DNA of 32,000 nt. Origin: Demequinaceae bacterium. Its GTDB lineage: Bacteria; Actinomycetota; Actinomycetes; Actinomycetales; Demequinaceae. Location of the stretch: NCBI GenBank assembly GCA_965250005.1, contig OZ252279.1, positions 1,230,001 through 1,262,000 of the forward strand, read 5' to 3'. Shown here one piece after another: positions 9,890-18,511 of this stretch. Position numbers and translations under genes: made by a program. The notes below the pieces were generated by a model, which saw only the letters and a program-made list of their open reading frames with translations, did not search any database and was not told where the DNA came from. Numbering within the stretch: the first letter of the stretch is position 1; each line of letters opens with the position of its first letter.

Positions 9890-10144
9890 CTAGCCTACCG
9901 CGCCTGCGGAGCGGCCGTCGTCCTCGATGGTCTCGAAGCCTCCGGTGAGCGCAGCGTTCTCCATAAACACCTCGACTGCCTGCTGCGGAATCCGGAAGGA
10001 ACGCCCGAATCGGACTGCGGGCATCTCGCCTGCATGAACCCAGCGGTACACAGTCATGCGCGAGACGCGCAGCATGTCTGCGACCTCGGCGACCGTCAGA
10101 AAGGTCGTGCGGGGTGCGGCGTTGTCTGCCATCGGGTGATCCAT
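9890..10144 (-). CDS. BldC-like helix-turn-helix (excisionase/MerR-type) DNA-binding protein
   Basis: FLTVAEVADMLRVSRMTVYRWVHAGEMPAVRFGRSFRIPQQAVEVFM; start codon may lie a few codons downstream. Confidence 0.85.
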   Translation of the reverse strand: MDHPMADNAAPRTTFLTVAEVADMLRVSRMTVYRWVHAGEMPAVRFGRSFRIPQQAVEVFMENAALTGGFETIEDDGRSAGAVG

Positions 10145-10201
10145 CCTGTGGGCATCTGCCTCAGATATCGGCGTGATGTGTCCCCCACCTTAGAGGCTGG
10201 A

Positions 10202-10228
10202 GTGACAGTTGTGAAGGGGAATTGTCAC
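10202..10228. promoter_or_regulatory. Inverted repeat in the bldC-like/trkH divergent intergenic region (candidate operator)
   Basis: GTGACAGTT - gtgaagggg - AATTGTCAC: 9-nt arms with one mismatch around a 9-nt spacer, read directly. Confidence 0.35.
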
Positions 10229-10306
10229 GGTACGGGTGTGAAGTGCCGATACCTATGGGTGGCAAAGTAAGTATCGAGGGGCAGCGCGCCCGCACGAAGG
10301 AGCGAC

Positions 10307-11680
10307 ATGGAGACGGCTCGTCGGTTGCGCCACGCCTTTCGCGACTGGTTGGACGACACCGCCCTACGCTCTCCGGCCCGCCTCGCGCTCATCGTGTTTG
10401 CCAGCGTCATCATGGCCGTCACATTTCTCCTGCAACTGCCCATGGCTACCGCGACCGGAACGCGCGCACCGTTTGTTGACTCGCTCTTCACCGCGACGTC
10501 CGCCGTGTGCGTCACCGGCCTGACCGTCCACGACACCGCCCTGTACTGGTCCTCTTTCGGCCAGACGGTCATCCTGGTCGCCATCAAGGTCGGTGGGCTA
10601 GGGATCATGACCCTGGCCTCGCTGCTCGGCCTTGCCGTCTCGCGACGGCTCGGACTGACCCAGCGCATGCTCGCCGCCGAGGAGAGCCGCGCGAGTGGCC
10701 TAGGTGACGTGAAATCGCTCCTGCGCACCATCGTGCTCGTGTCTGCCGCGGTCGAGACTGCTATCGCGGCCGCCCTTTTCCCCCGGTTCCTGGCGCTCGG
10801 CCAGGACATGGCCGACGCCGGATACAACTCCGTTTTCTACGCGATTTCCGCGTTCAACAACGCGGGCTTCGTCCCCAACGCGGGCGGCCTCAGTCCGTAC
10901 GTGGACGACTGGTGGATACGCGCGCCCATCGGGCTCGGCGTGCTGATCGGCTCGCTCGGGTTCCCCGTATTCCTCAACGTCATGCGCCGCTGGCGCCACC
11001 CACGCGAATGGTCACTCCACACCAAGCTCACACTCATCACAGGCGGCGTTCTGCTCGTGGTGTCGACCATCGCGTTCGGCGCCTTCGAATGGAACAACGA
11101 GGACACGCTCGGCGGCCAGTCCGTGAGTACGCGCTTTCTGAGTTCAACGTTCACTGCGATAAATATGCGCTCCGGAGGCTTCGCCGCAACGGACCACGGG
11201 CTTGCGGGCGAGGAGTCGTGGATCCTCAGCACGGTCATGATGTTCATCGGCGGCGGTAGCGGCTCAACCGCAGGGGGGCTCCGCCTCACCACGTTCGCTG
11301 TGCTGTTCCTCGCAATCGTTGCCGAGGCTCGTGGGCGCCGCGACATGGAGGCGTTCGGCCGCCGCGTCGGCACCGAGTCTCTTCGCGTGGCCGTTTCGCT
11401 ACTGCTCGTGGGAACCACCGTGGTGATCGCCGGAGTCGCCACCATGCTCGCACTCACCGACTACCCTGTCGGTGAGGTCATTTTCGAGACAGTTTCCGCG
11501 TTCGCAACGTGCGGGCTGAGCACAGGAATTACCGAGTTCTTACCGGACTCGGCAAAGTACGTGTTGACGTTTTTGATGTTCGTCGGTCGTACTGGGACCA
11601 TGACACTAGGCGCCGCGCTACTACTCAACCGCGAGCGCCGAGCGATCCGCTACCCCTCAGAAAGGCCGATCATTGGCTGA
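10307..11680 (+). CDS. Trk/Ktr potassium uptake transmembrane subunit (TrkH/KtrB family)
   Basis: FVDSLFTATSAVCVTGLTVHD, FNNAGFVPN, NMRSGGFAATDHG and SAFATCGLSTGIT: four P-loop filter-like segments; followed by an RCK protein. Confidence 0.93.
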   Translation: METARRLRHAFRDWLDDTALRSPARLALIVFASVIMAVTFLLQLPMATATGTRAPFVDSLFTATSAVCVTGLTVHDTALYWSSFGQTVILVAIKVGGLGIMTLASLLGLAVSRRLGLTQRMLAAEESRASGLGDVKSLLRTIVLVSAAVETAIAAALFPRFLALGQDMADAGYNSVFYAISAFNNAGFVPNAGGLSPYVDDWWIRAPIGLGVLIGSLGFPVFLNVMRRWRHPREWSLHTKLTLITGGVLLVVSTIAFGAFEWNNEDTLGGQSVSTRFLSSTFTAINMRSGGFAATDHGLAGEESWILSTVMMFIGGGSGSTAGGLRLTTFAVLFLAIVAEARGRRDMEAFGRRVGTESLRVAVSLLLVGTTVVIAGVATMLALTDYPVGEVIFETVSAFATCGLSTGITEFLPDSAKYVLTFLMFVGRTGTMTLGAALLLNRERRAIRYPSERPIIG

Positions 11681-12335
11681 CAACGGCAAGCACGTAGGCG
11701 TCCTCGTCATTGGCCTGGGCCGGTTTGGCGCCGCCCTGGCCGACCAACTCGACATTCTCGATGTCGAGGTCCTCGCGGTGGAGAAGGACGCGTCGCTCGT
11801 TGAGCGGTGGGCCAAGCGGCTGCCCGTTGTCGAGGCCGACGCTACCGACGCGCGCTCTCTCGACCAACTGGGCGCAAAGGACTTCAGCGCCGCGGTTGTT
11901 GGAGTGGGCACCTCCCTCGAGGCGTCCGTGCTCATCACCGGAAACCTGGTTGACATCGGGATTCCGGAGATCTGGGCCAAGGCTGTCAGCGTCGAGCACG
12001 AACGCATTCTCACCCGCATCGGCGCCCACCACGTGGTGCTCCCCGAGTCGGAGTCCGGCTCCCGCATCGCGCACATCGTTGGCGGCAAAATGCTCGACTA
12101 CATCGAGGTGGAGGATGGCTTCACCATGGCCAAAATGACTCCGCCCAAGGAGACGCACGGCTTCACGCTAGGCGAGCTCGACCTTCAGGAAAAGTACGGG
12201 ATTCGGGTTATTGGCGTGAAGGCGCCGGGCGAGCCATTTGAGTATGCGACGAACGAGACACGCGTCAGCGAACACGATCTCCTGCTGGTTGCCGGTGAGG
12301 GCGAGCTGCTCGATCGCTTCGCGCAGCGGCCGTAA
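11673..12335 (+). CDS. Trk/Ktr potassium uptake regulatory subunit (TrkA/KtrA, RCK domains)
   Basis: VLVIGLGRFGAALADQL Rossmann motif, VEKDASLVERW, VGTSLEASVL, C-terminal TrkA_C-like segment; TTG start overlapping the trkH end. Confidence 0.92.
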   Translation: MADNGKHVGVLVIGLGRFGAALADQLDILDVEVLAVEKDASLVERWAKRLPVVEADATDARSLDQLGAKDFSAAVVGVGTSLEASVLITGNLVDIGIPEIWAKAVSVEHERILTRIGAHHVVLPESESGSRIAHIVGGKMLDYIEVEDGFTMAKMTPPKETHGFTLGELDLQEKYGIRVIGVKAPGEPFEYATNETRVSEHDLLLVAGEGELLDRFAQRP

Positions 12336-12646
12336 CTAGGACGTCCTGCGGGCGCCGGTGCAGGGTGCCCCATGCGCGATATTGGCGCTGCTGTTGAACA
12401 CGAGAATCTCCATGCGGTACCCACCGAGCCTGTCCACGACACCAACACGCGGCCGTCGTTCCAGTTCGCGGCCGTGTAGCCAATGGCCACCAAGGTGAGC
12501 AGCTTCCAGGCCGTGCTCCAAATGAGCGCGAACTTGGGCACGCCCCCGTTGGTTGCTTCTCCACGGGCCGCAGACTTGATTCCGAACACGCCTACCGGGC
12601 CAAGCACCCAGAAAGCATCGCCTGCGGTCGCGCCCGCGATCTCCAT
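12336..12646 (-). CDS. Small predicted membrane protein, hypothetical; reading frame uncertain
   Basis: MEIAGATAGDAFWVLGPVGVFGIKSAARGEATNGGVPKFALIWSTAWKLLTLVAIGYTAANWNDGRVLVSW with one hydrophobic helix. The open frame runs on to 12185 inside trkA, while a neighbouring frame ends neatly at 12336 (see findings). Confidence 0.4.
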
Positions 12647-12683
12647 CTGCTAGACATGGCAAGTTGACTACCGAGAAGGAATC

Positions 12684-13325
12684 ATGGCCCACCACGAACC
12701 CAACGCCACGCCCGCCGTTCCCGAGTTCAAGTCGGCCGGGCTCCTTGGCAAGATTGCTCTAAGCCTCGCGGGAGCACTCACGGTTCTCTACGTGGTGTCG
12801 GCGACCCTCTACTTGTCCTTCGAGTACTTCAGCGAAACGGTCGCGCTCGTATACCTATTGGTCAACTTTGCTACCTGGCCGGTAGCCATTGGTCTCTACG
12901 TCGCTCTCTGCCTTTGGCAAGTAGCGGTTGCATCAAACCTGCCAAGACTTGGCTTCGAGCGCCCTCAGACCTGGCTCATTTGGGCGGGTTGGTTCATTCC
13001 CTTTGCTTCTCTTGCGCTCCCCGCCGGGGTCATGGTCAAGTTGAACGCGAGAAAACTCGCAAGTGGTTGGTGGATTGCGCTGTGGTGGGCGTCGGTGCTC
13101 GCGATCACGGTAACAAACCAAGTCGTTCTCAGGCTTCCTGAACAGTCTCTAGAGTTCTACGAGATGACCGAGATCTTGCTCGCGATCACCGCACTGAGCG
13201 CCATGGGCTCGCTCTATGTACTAATCACCAGAATCTCTGCAGGCAACGACGCTCCGTCGGTAGCGCCCGAGCCTCCCGGCTCCGCGGACGGCCTCAACGA
13301 CCGCCTCAAACGCACTAGCGTCTAG
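12684..13325 (+). CDS. Hypothetical multi-pass membrane protein
   Basis: 213 aa with about four hydrophobic segments (ALTVLYVVSATLYLSF, LVNFATWPVAIGLYVAL, WAGWFIPFASLALPAGV, WIALWWASVLAITV); GAGAAGGA ribosome-binding-like sequence upstream. Confidence 0.7.
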   Translation: MAHHEPNATPAVPEFKSAGLLGKIALSLAGALTVLYVVSATLYLSFEYFSETVALVYLLVNFATWPVAIGLYVALCLWQVAVASNLPRLGFERPQTWLIWAGWFIPFASLALPAGVMVKLNARKLASGWWIALWWASVLAITVTNQVVLRLPEQSLEFYEMTEILLAITALSAMGSLYVLITRISAGNDAPSVAPEPPGSADGLNDRLKRTSV

Positions 13326-13394
13326 TTTTTGTATTGCCTGCGCGCGACAATCGGTGGCGCCAAAGCTAACGTAAGTGGCGACAAAGGAGTCAAC

Positions 13395-14075
13395 ATGACG
13401 AAGATGCGAGTTACGGCAGCAATCGCGGTCATGAGCCTGGGCCTCGTGGCCTGCGTTCCCGAAGACGACGCGCCCGAAGAGACACCCCGGGCGAGCGCTG
13501 CCCCAACCGAAGATGAGCCCACTCCCGCAGAATCGACCCCCGAACCAGAACCAGAGCCAGAGCCCGGCCCCAACACCGTCCTCATGCATGACGGCGTTCT
13601 TCAAGCCGAGCTCCCCGAGGGCTACGTCTTTGACGCATCCGAGGGTCGCTGGACCAACGGCACGTGGATGTACGGATGCTGGGCGTGGATTGACGCGTCC
13701 ATCCCGGTTGAAGGCACTTCCGCTGCCCAAATCACGTCCACCTGGATGAACCAGTGGAGCGATTGGGGCTACTACACGGCGGGCGACGTCTGGTCCTACG
13801 CAAACGTCAACGGGTACGAAGAGAACGACATCTGGTACTCGGTGTTTATCTACGAGACCGCGGGCGGCGACTACGATTTCGAAATCTGGGAGCCCCGGTC
13901 GTTCCTGATCGACGGCGACGTCTTCATCGAGTGCTCTGCGCGAGTGTACTCACCCACCGAGCACCCTGGTGTGGGCTGGGATGACGACTTCACACGGCTG
14001 GTTGAGACAGTGACGATCGTGGACCGCGACGCGCTCCTCACCAACACTTGGGGTCTGGAGCGCGGGGACTACTAA
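13395..14075 (+). CDS. Trp/Tyr-rich lipoprotein of unknown function
   Basis: AAAGGAG RBS then ATG 13395; signal peptide with lipobox SLGLVAC; acidic Pro-Glu linker (TPEPEPEPEPGP) and an aromatic-rich C-terminal domain. Confidence 0.72.
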   Translation: MTKMRVTAAIAVMSLGLVACVPEDDAPEETPRASAAPTEDEPTPAESTPEPEPEPEPGPNTVLMHDGVLQAELPEGYVFDASEGRWTNGTWMYGCWAWIDASIPVEGTSAAQITSTWMNQWSDWGYYTAGDVWSYANVNGYEENDIWYSVFIYETAGGDYDFEIWEPRSFLIDGDVFIECSARVYSPTEHPGVGWDDDFTRLVETVTIVDRDALLTNTWGLERGDY

Positions 14076-14114
14076 CGGCTCAAGGCTCGCAGTCCGGCGC
14101 CGCGCGAACGCGGA

Positions 14115-15326
14115 CTAGTCGACCACCAGCCGCACGTCAGGGTTGAACGCCGCCCAGGCGAACCAGAACGTGTCAATGATGGGAACCGGCTGCAAGCGCG
14201 TGCCCGCGAGCTCGCCCGCGATCGCCTCGCCACTGAGGTTCCACCTTGACCCCGTCTCCGCGTCCGTGAGCTCCACCGAGCCGTCGACCAGTTGGGCCGT
14301 GAACGTCAGCTCGCGGCCGGCGGCCTTGGCGTAGAAGGCCGTGGTCCACGACACGGCGCGTCCCTCCGCGATCCCGGCAGTGTCCAGCGCCGACGCGAGT
14401 CCCGCGCTCGCGACGATCACTACCTGCTCGCCGTCGACGGTGGTCTGAATCGCGCCCAGTTCCGCGACCGCGGCCGTGACGACGGCGACGGCCTCGCTGG
14501 CCGCTGGGAATGCGACGATGCGCTCCTTCGGTTCGAGCCGTCCATCCTCGGCGGTGAGAGGGAACCAGGCGCCAGACGAGACCTCGTCGTAGCCGACGTA
14601 TGGGTTGCGCCCGTAGTCGCGAACCACGCCGGTGTCGCGGCTCAGCACCCATCCGTCAGGGTGCGATGCGGACCACTCGGCCCAGGGGCGCATGGTGACG
14701 GGAACGAACTCGAGGTAGTCGCCCGCCAGGAAGCCAGCGATCGAGCCGCCCTCGATCTGTGACCACAGCGACTCGGTTTGACGGTCGTACATGACCAGGT
14801 CCGAGTTGTAGAGCATGCCGCTCACGCCAAAGCTGAGCAGTCGGTCGCCATGCACGCGGTTGAACGCCAGCGCCGTGTTGCACAGCGGGCAGTACGTCAC
14901 CACGATCGGCGTGCCGTCCACCGTGTCGTTCACAATTTCATGCCAGGTCATCACCTGCACCGGGTACGCCCGATGCTGGCCGTTGAGCTCGAGCGCGACC
15001 ACCGGCTCACGGCCATCAAGCCAAGTGACGTTTGAGGCCACCTCGAAGGTGGGCTGATCGATTGCGGGGATGCCGTCGGGCGGAACTCCGCCGCTCAGCA
15101 GGGCTTTCAGGTCGATGGTCGCCGCCGGCAGCCCGTCCTGTACGGGCGAGTCGAGGGCAGACGGCACGTCCTCGCGCGGGCCCACTTCGACCGGCTCAAG
15201 CTGGACAGGATCGGACGCAGAAGCCTGGGTGGACGCGCCCACAGGGGCGACCGAGGGGGCGGCGGAACACGCTGCAAGCGCGATTGTGCCCGCAACCAGT
15301 GTTGCGACAAGTGCGGAAGTCGTCAT
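14115..15326 (-). CDS. DUF3179 domain-containing lipoprotein
   Basis: Start ATG 15326, lipobox ALAACS; MTWHEIVNDTVDGTPIVVTYCPLCNTALAFNR and SQIEGGSIAG characteristic of DUF3179. Confidence 0.88.
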   Translation of the reverse strand: MTTSALVATLVAGTIALAACSAAPSVAPVGASTQASASDPVQLEPVEVGPREDVPSALDSPVQDGLPAATIDLKALLSGGVPPDGIPAIDQPTFEVASNVTWLDGREPVVALELNGQHRAYPVQVMTWHEIVNDTVDGTPIVVTYCPLCNTALAFNRVHGDRLLSFGVSGMLYNSDLVMYDRQTESLWSQIEGGSIAGFLAGDYLEFVPVTMRPWAEWSASHPDGWVLSRDTGVVRDYGRNPYVGYDEVSSGAWFPLTAEDGRLEPKERIVAFPAASEAVAVVTAAVAELGAIQTTVDGEQVVIVASAGLASALDTAGIAEGRAVSWTTAFYAKAAGRELTFTAQLVDGSVELTDAETGSRWNLSGEAIAGELAGTRLQPVPIIDTFWFAWAAFNPDVRLVVD

Positions 15327-15366
15327 GCCTTCTACAACGCTCCGCGCGAGCCAGAACTTCCGCCGC

Positions 15367-17151
15367 CTAGACTCTCGGCGCAACGGCCTTCGCTACGAGG
15401 GCGCGGACGGCGGCGACTCCCTCAGCTCCGCGGACCACCTGGGCGTCCGGGTGCTTCAGCGCGAGCGCGCGAGCCAGAGAGATCGATCGCGGCTCGCAAT
15501 AGACAACGAGACTCGGCGCCGATGGCCACGCGCGCGCGATTCGCCGCATTGCCGCCTTACCGAGCGGCGCGCCCGACGCCCACTGATAGACCGCGCGCTC
15601 CATGAACTCGTGATAACGTCCGTGCCGCGCCTCCACGCCTGCACGCTGCCTTACGATCGCCCGAGCCGCCCACGCAGAGCCTTTGCCTGGCAGACCCGGT
15701 AGGCGCGACGCGAGCCACAGGGGGCCGAGCGCAAGCGCGAACAGCGCGGCCGGAATCGCGCGAAGAGCAAGGCCTTCGACCGCGCGAACCGGGCTCAACA
15801 ACGCACGGCGACCGAGGTCGATTACCTCCACGCGCGGGTCCTGGAGGCGAGAATCGCGGGTGTCGTCCGTGACCAGTCGCACCGTCATACCGGCAGCCAG
15901 CGCGTCCCGGGTCACCGCATCTGCGATCCCCCGCGCCCTCGCCGACAGGCTGAGCACGGCGACCGCAGGCGCGCCCGCCGCGGACTCGGGCCACCAGCGG
16001 GCCGGAGCGCCATCAATTGAGGCCGCCCGTAGTCGCTCCCCGAAGCCCTCGCTTCCGAGCAGTGCCTCAAGCGACCGGCGACCGGCGACGGCGTCAGTTC
16101 CCGCCAGATCCACCTCGAGATGGCCCGCCGCGCCGGCGACAGCGTCGGCCGAAGCGCCAAGAGGCACGATGCGCGCCCTGCCGGCGGCGACGACCCCCGC
16201 CAGCGTCTCCTCTGGGCCACCGCACGCAGTGACAACCACGGGTAGGCCGGACAGCGCAGCCTCCACCACAGTGAGCCCGAACGTTTCGCGGGACGACAAG
16301 TGCACCAGCAGGTCCGCCGCCGCGTAAAGCGCGGGTACAGCGGCTGGTTCGACCGCGGACACGAACGTCACACGTTTCGCGACCCCGAGGGCAACCGCGC
16401 GGGCTTGGAGCGCGTCACGCTCGGGACCGTCCCCAACGAATGTCACGTGCGCCTTGGCGCGGCCAGGGTCGACGAACGCCGCAAAGGCCTCCAGCACGCG
16501 GGGAGCGCCTTTGGCGGCACGTAGCGCACCCACGTATAGCCAGCGGTCGAGCGAATCGGGCAACGCCTTTCGGAGCGGGTACGCGGACACGTCGACAGGA
16601 TTGCCCGAGGCTATAACGTTCGACCGAATTCTGGGAATCGCTCCGCGAATCACGCGGGCCTCGCGCTCGCTCACAGCAAGTAGCATGTCCGCGCGCTCCG
16701 CGACCGCACGATACTGCTCGCGTGTGTGCGGCTCGCGGATAGCCTCGTGAGCGTAGCTCGCGTGCTCGATCACTACCAGGCGGGCACCAGGCGAGACGGC
16801 CGGAAGGACAGCGAATCCGGCCGGGATTGGCACGTGCGCGTGAACTACCGACGCTGCGGCGATTTCTTCGGTAACGGCGGCTGCAGCTTCCCGATACAGG
16901 CGCGCGGACCACGCGCGTGGAGTCCGATCCGGAACCACAACGGGGACGCGCACCACTGTCCCGTCTGCGCTCGCTACGCGGGACACGGCGGTCGAGTCGC
17001 CGGGTCGAACGCGGTCGAGGTGGATGATCGTCGTCCCGCTGGCGGGCGCCCCGTACGATCGCACCCATTCGCGCACGAAGATACCCGCATACGGGTTCGC
17101 TCCGTTCGGATACCACGGCGTGACGGCCACGAACCTGGATTCAGTGGTCAT
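15367..17151 (-). CDS. Family 4 glycosyltransferase with an extra C-terminal domain of about 200 aa
   Basis: VTPWYPNGANPYAGIFVREWVRS, LDRWLYVGALRAAKGAPRVLEAF, SSRETFGLTVVEAALSGLPVVVTACGG GT4 motifs in the N-terminal half; unrecognised C-terminal extension. Confidence 0.83.
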   Translation of the reverse strand: MTTESRFVAVTPWYPNGANPYAGIFVREWVRSYGAPASGTTIIHLDRVRPGDSTAVSRVASADGTVVRVPVVVPDRTPRAWSARLYREAAAAVTEEIAAASVVHAHVPIPAGFAVLPAVSPGARLVVIEHASYAHEAIREPHTREQYRAVAERADMLLAVSEREARVIRGAIPRIRSNVIASGNPVDVSAYPLRKALPDSLDRWLYVGALRAAKGAPRVLEAFAAFVDPGRAKAHVTFVGDGPERDALQARAVALGVAKRVTFVSAVEPAAVPALYAAADLLVHLSSRETFGLTVVEAALSGLPVVVTACGGPEETLAGVVAAGRARIVPLGASADAVAGAAGHLEVDLAGTDAVAGRRSLEALLGSEGFGERLRAASIDGAPARWWPESAAGAPAVAVLSLSARARGIADAVTRDALAAGMTVRLVTDDTRDSRLQDPRVEVIDLGRRALLSPVRAVEGLALRAIPAALFALALGPLWLASRLPGLPGKGSAWAARAIVRQRAGVEARHGRYHEFMERAVYQWASGAPLGKAAMRRIARAWPSAPSLVVYCEPRSISLARALALKHPDAQVVRGAEGVAAVRALVAKAVAPRV

Positions 17152-18481
17152 GAATCAGGGCCCTCAGTTCGCGCTCGAAGGGCTCAAGGAGGGCGCGCCT
17201 GTCGTACTTAGCCGCGTGCTTGAGGGCGTCGTCGTGCTGTGCCGCGGTCGTCGATCGCGCGGCCGTCGCCGCCTTGGTCATCGCTTCGGCGATGGCGCCA
17301 GGCTCCACAGACGAAACCGGAAACCACAACGGGTAGTCGCGAAGCGGCTCGGAGGCCGCCGTGTCAGGCTCGTGAATCGCGACAATCGGCTTTCCGCTAG
17401 CCATCGACTCATAGGATTTGCCCGCCGTCACAAACCGCGAGCTGGGGATCATCATCAGCAACACGTCAAGGCCGCGATAGACGCCGCCGACTTCCGTCTT
17501 GGATACCGCCCCCTCCCACGTCACGCGCGCGTCAGGGCGGTGAGGAAGGAGCGACATCACGTCCGCTCGGTCAGCCGCGAAGAACCCGAGGTGGCCATAC
17601 AGGTGCGCCGTTGCGCCCGCGACTCCGAGACCGTCCTTGGCCCGCTCCCAAGCCACCCAGGTTGCCGCATGCGGCAGGTGCCGGGTGATAGTCCCAACGT
17701 AACCGAACCGCAGTGGTTGATCCGCATGTGGCTTGCGGAAGGGCATGTCGCCCAGGGTGTCAGCGTCGACACCGTTCTCGAGCACGATCATGCGCTCGGC
17801 CAGGTCAGGGTACTGCTCCGCGTACCAGTCGCGCATGGGCGCATTGACGAACGTCGTTAGCGCCGATGCCGCGAGAAGCTTGCGCTCCCACGCGCACTCG
17901 CGCGAGCCCTCATCAAACAGCGCGCGCTCGTTGAATTGGTCCAGCGTCCAGCCATCGCGAAAATCTGCGACGTACGGAACGTGTGCCCGCGTGCCGAATG
18001 CCTGGGCAACCCGAAACGCCGTCCACGGGTTCCCGGTCGCAACGACGACGCTCGCAGCTTTGCGCTTGTGGACGGCGCGCATGCGCCTCAGCGCGGGCCG
18101 GAACCACGCCTCGTACCGGCCAGGAAAGATCAGCTTCTGGCGTAGCCACCCGTAGCCCGAGTACGCGCGCGGGTAGGCCGCGTGCCGCTTGGTCATGGTG
18201 CGGACGTTCTGGATCATCCACTCGCGCGGCATGCGCACCCGCTCGACTACTACCCGTGGGTCGATCTGGTCCACCAGCGCGGGGTCGGACGAGTCGGTGA
18301 CGTCGTCAAAGAAGCGTTCATCTGCCGTGACCACGGTGACGTCCCACCCACGATCAGCAAGATAGTTGGCCATCCCTAAGGGGCGATACACGCCGCTACC
18401 TCGAGAGGGAGGAAAGAAGAAGGCGACGAGCACCAAATGAGGACGGTGCTGAGAGGTGCTCGACACCCTCGTCCTCCTCAC
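17141..18481 (-). CDS. Glycosyltransferase (GT-B/GT4-like)
   Basis: LVLVAFFFPPSRGSGVYRPLGMANYLADRGWDVTVVT N-terminal GT-B motif, RFGYVGTITRHLPHA, SKTEVGGVYRGLDVLLMM; start may be about 15 codons downstream. Confidence 0.78.
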   Translation of the reverse strand: MRRTRVSSTSQHRPHLVLVAFFFPPSRGSGVYRPLGMANYLADRGWDVTVVTADERFFDDVTDSSDPALVDQIDPRVVVERVRMPREWMIQNVRTMTKRHAAYPRAYSGYGWLRQKLIFPGRYEAWFRPALRRMRAVHKRKAASVVVATGNPWTAFRVAQAFGTRAHVPYVADFRDGWTLDQFNERALFDEGSRECAWERKLLAASALTTFVNAPMRDWYAEQYPDLAERMIVLENGVDADTLGDMPFRKPHADQPLRFGYVGTITRHLPHAATWVAWERAKDGLGVAGATAHLYGHLGFFAADRADVMSLLPHRPDARVTWEGAVSKTEVGGVYRGLDVLLMMIPSSRFVTAGKSYESMASGKPIVAIHEPDTAASEPLRDYPLWFPVSSVEPGAIAEAMTKAATAARSTTAAQHDDALKHAAKYDRRALLEPFERELRALIHDH

Positions 18482-18511
18482 GTCCGAGCGCTACACGAGC
18501 GCCCACCCATC

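Noticed and set aside
13520-13575. GAACCAGAACCAGAGCCAGAGCCC repeat-like tract
   Set aside because: A short Pro-Glu codon repeat forming an ordinary lipoprotein linker; too short and imperfect to call a genomic repeat element.
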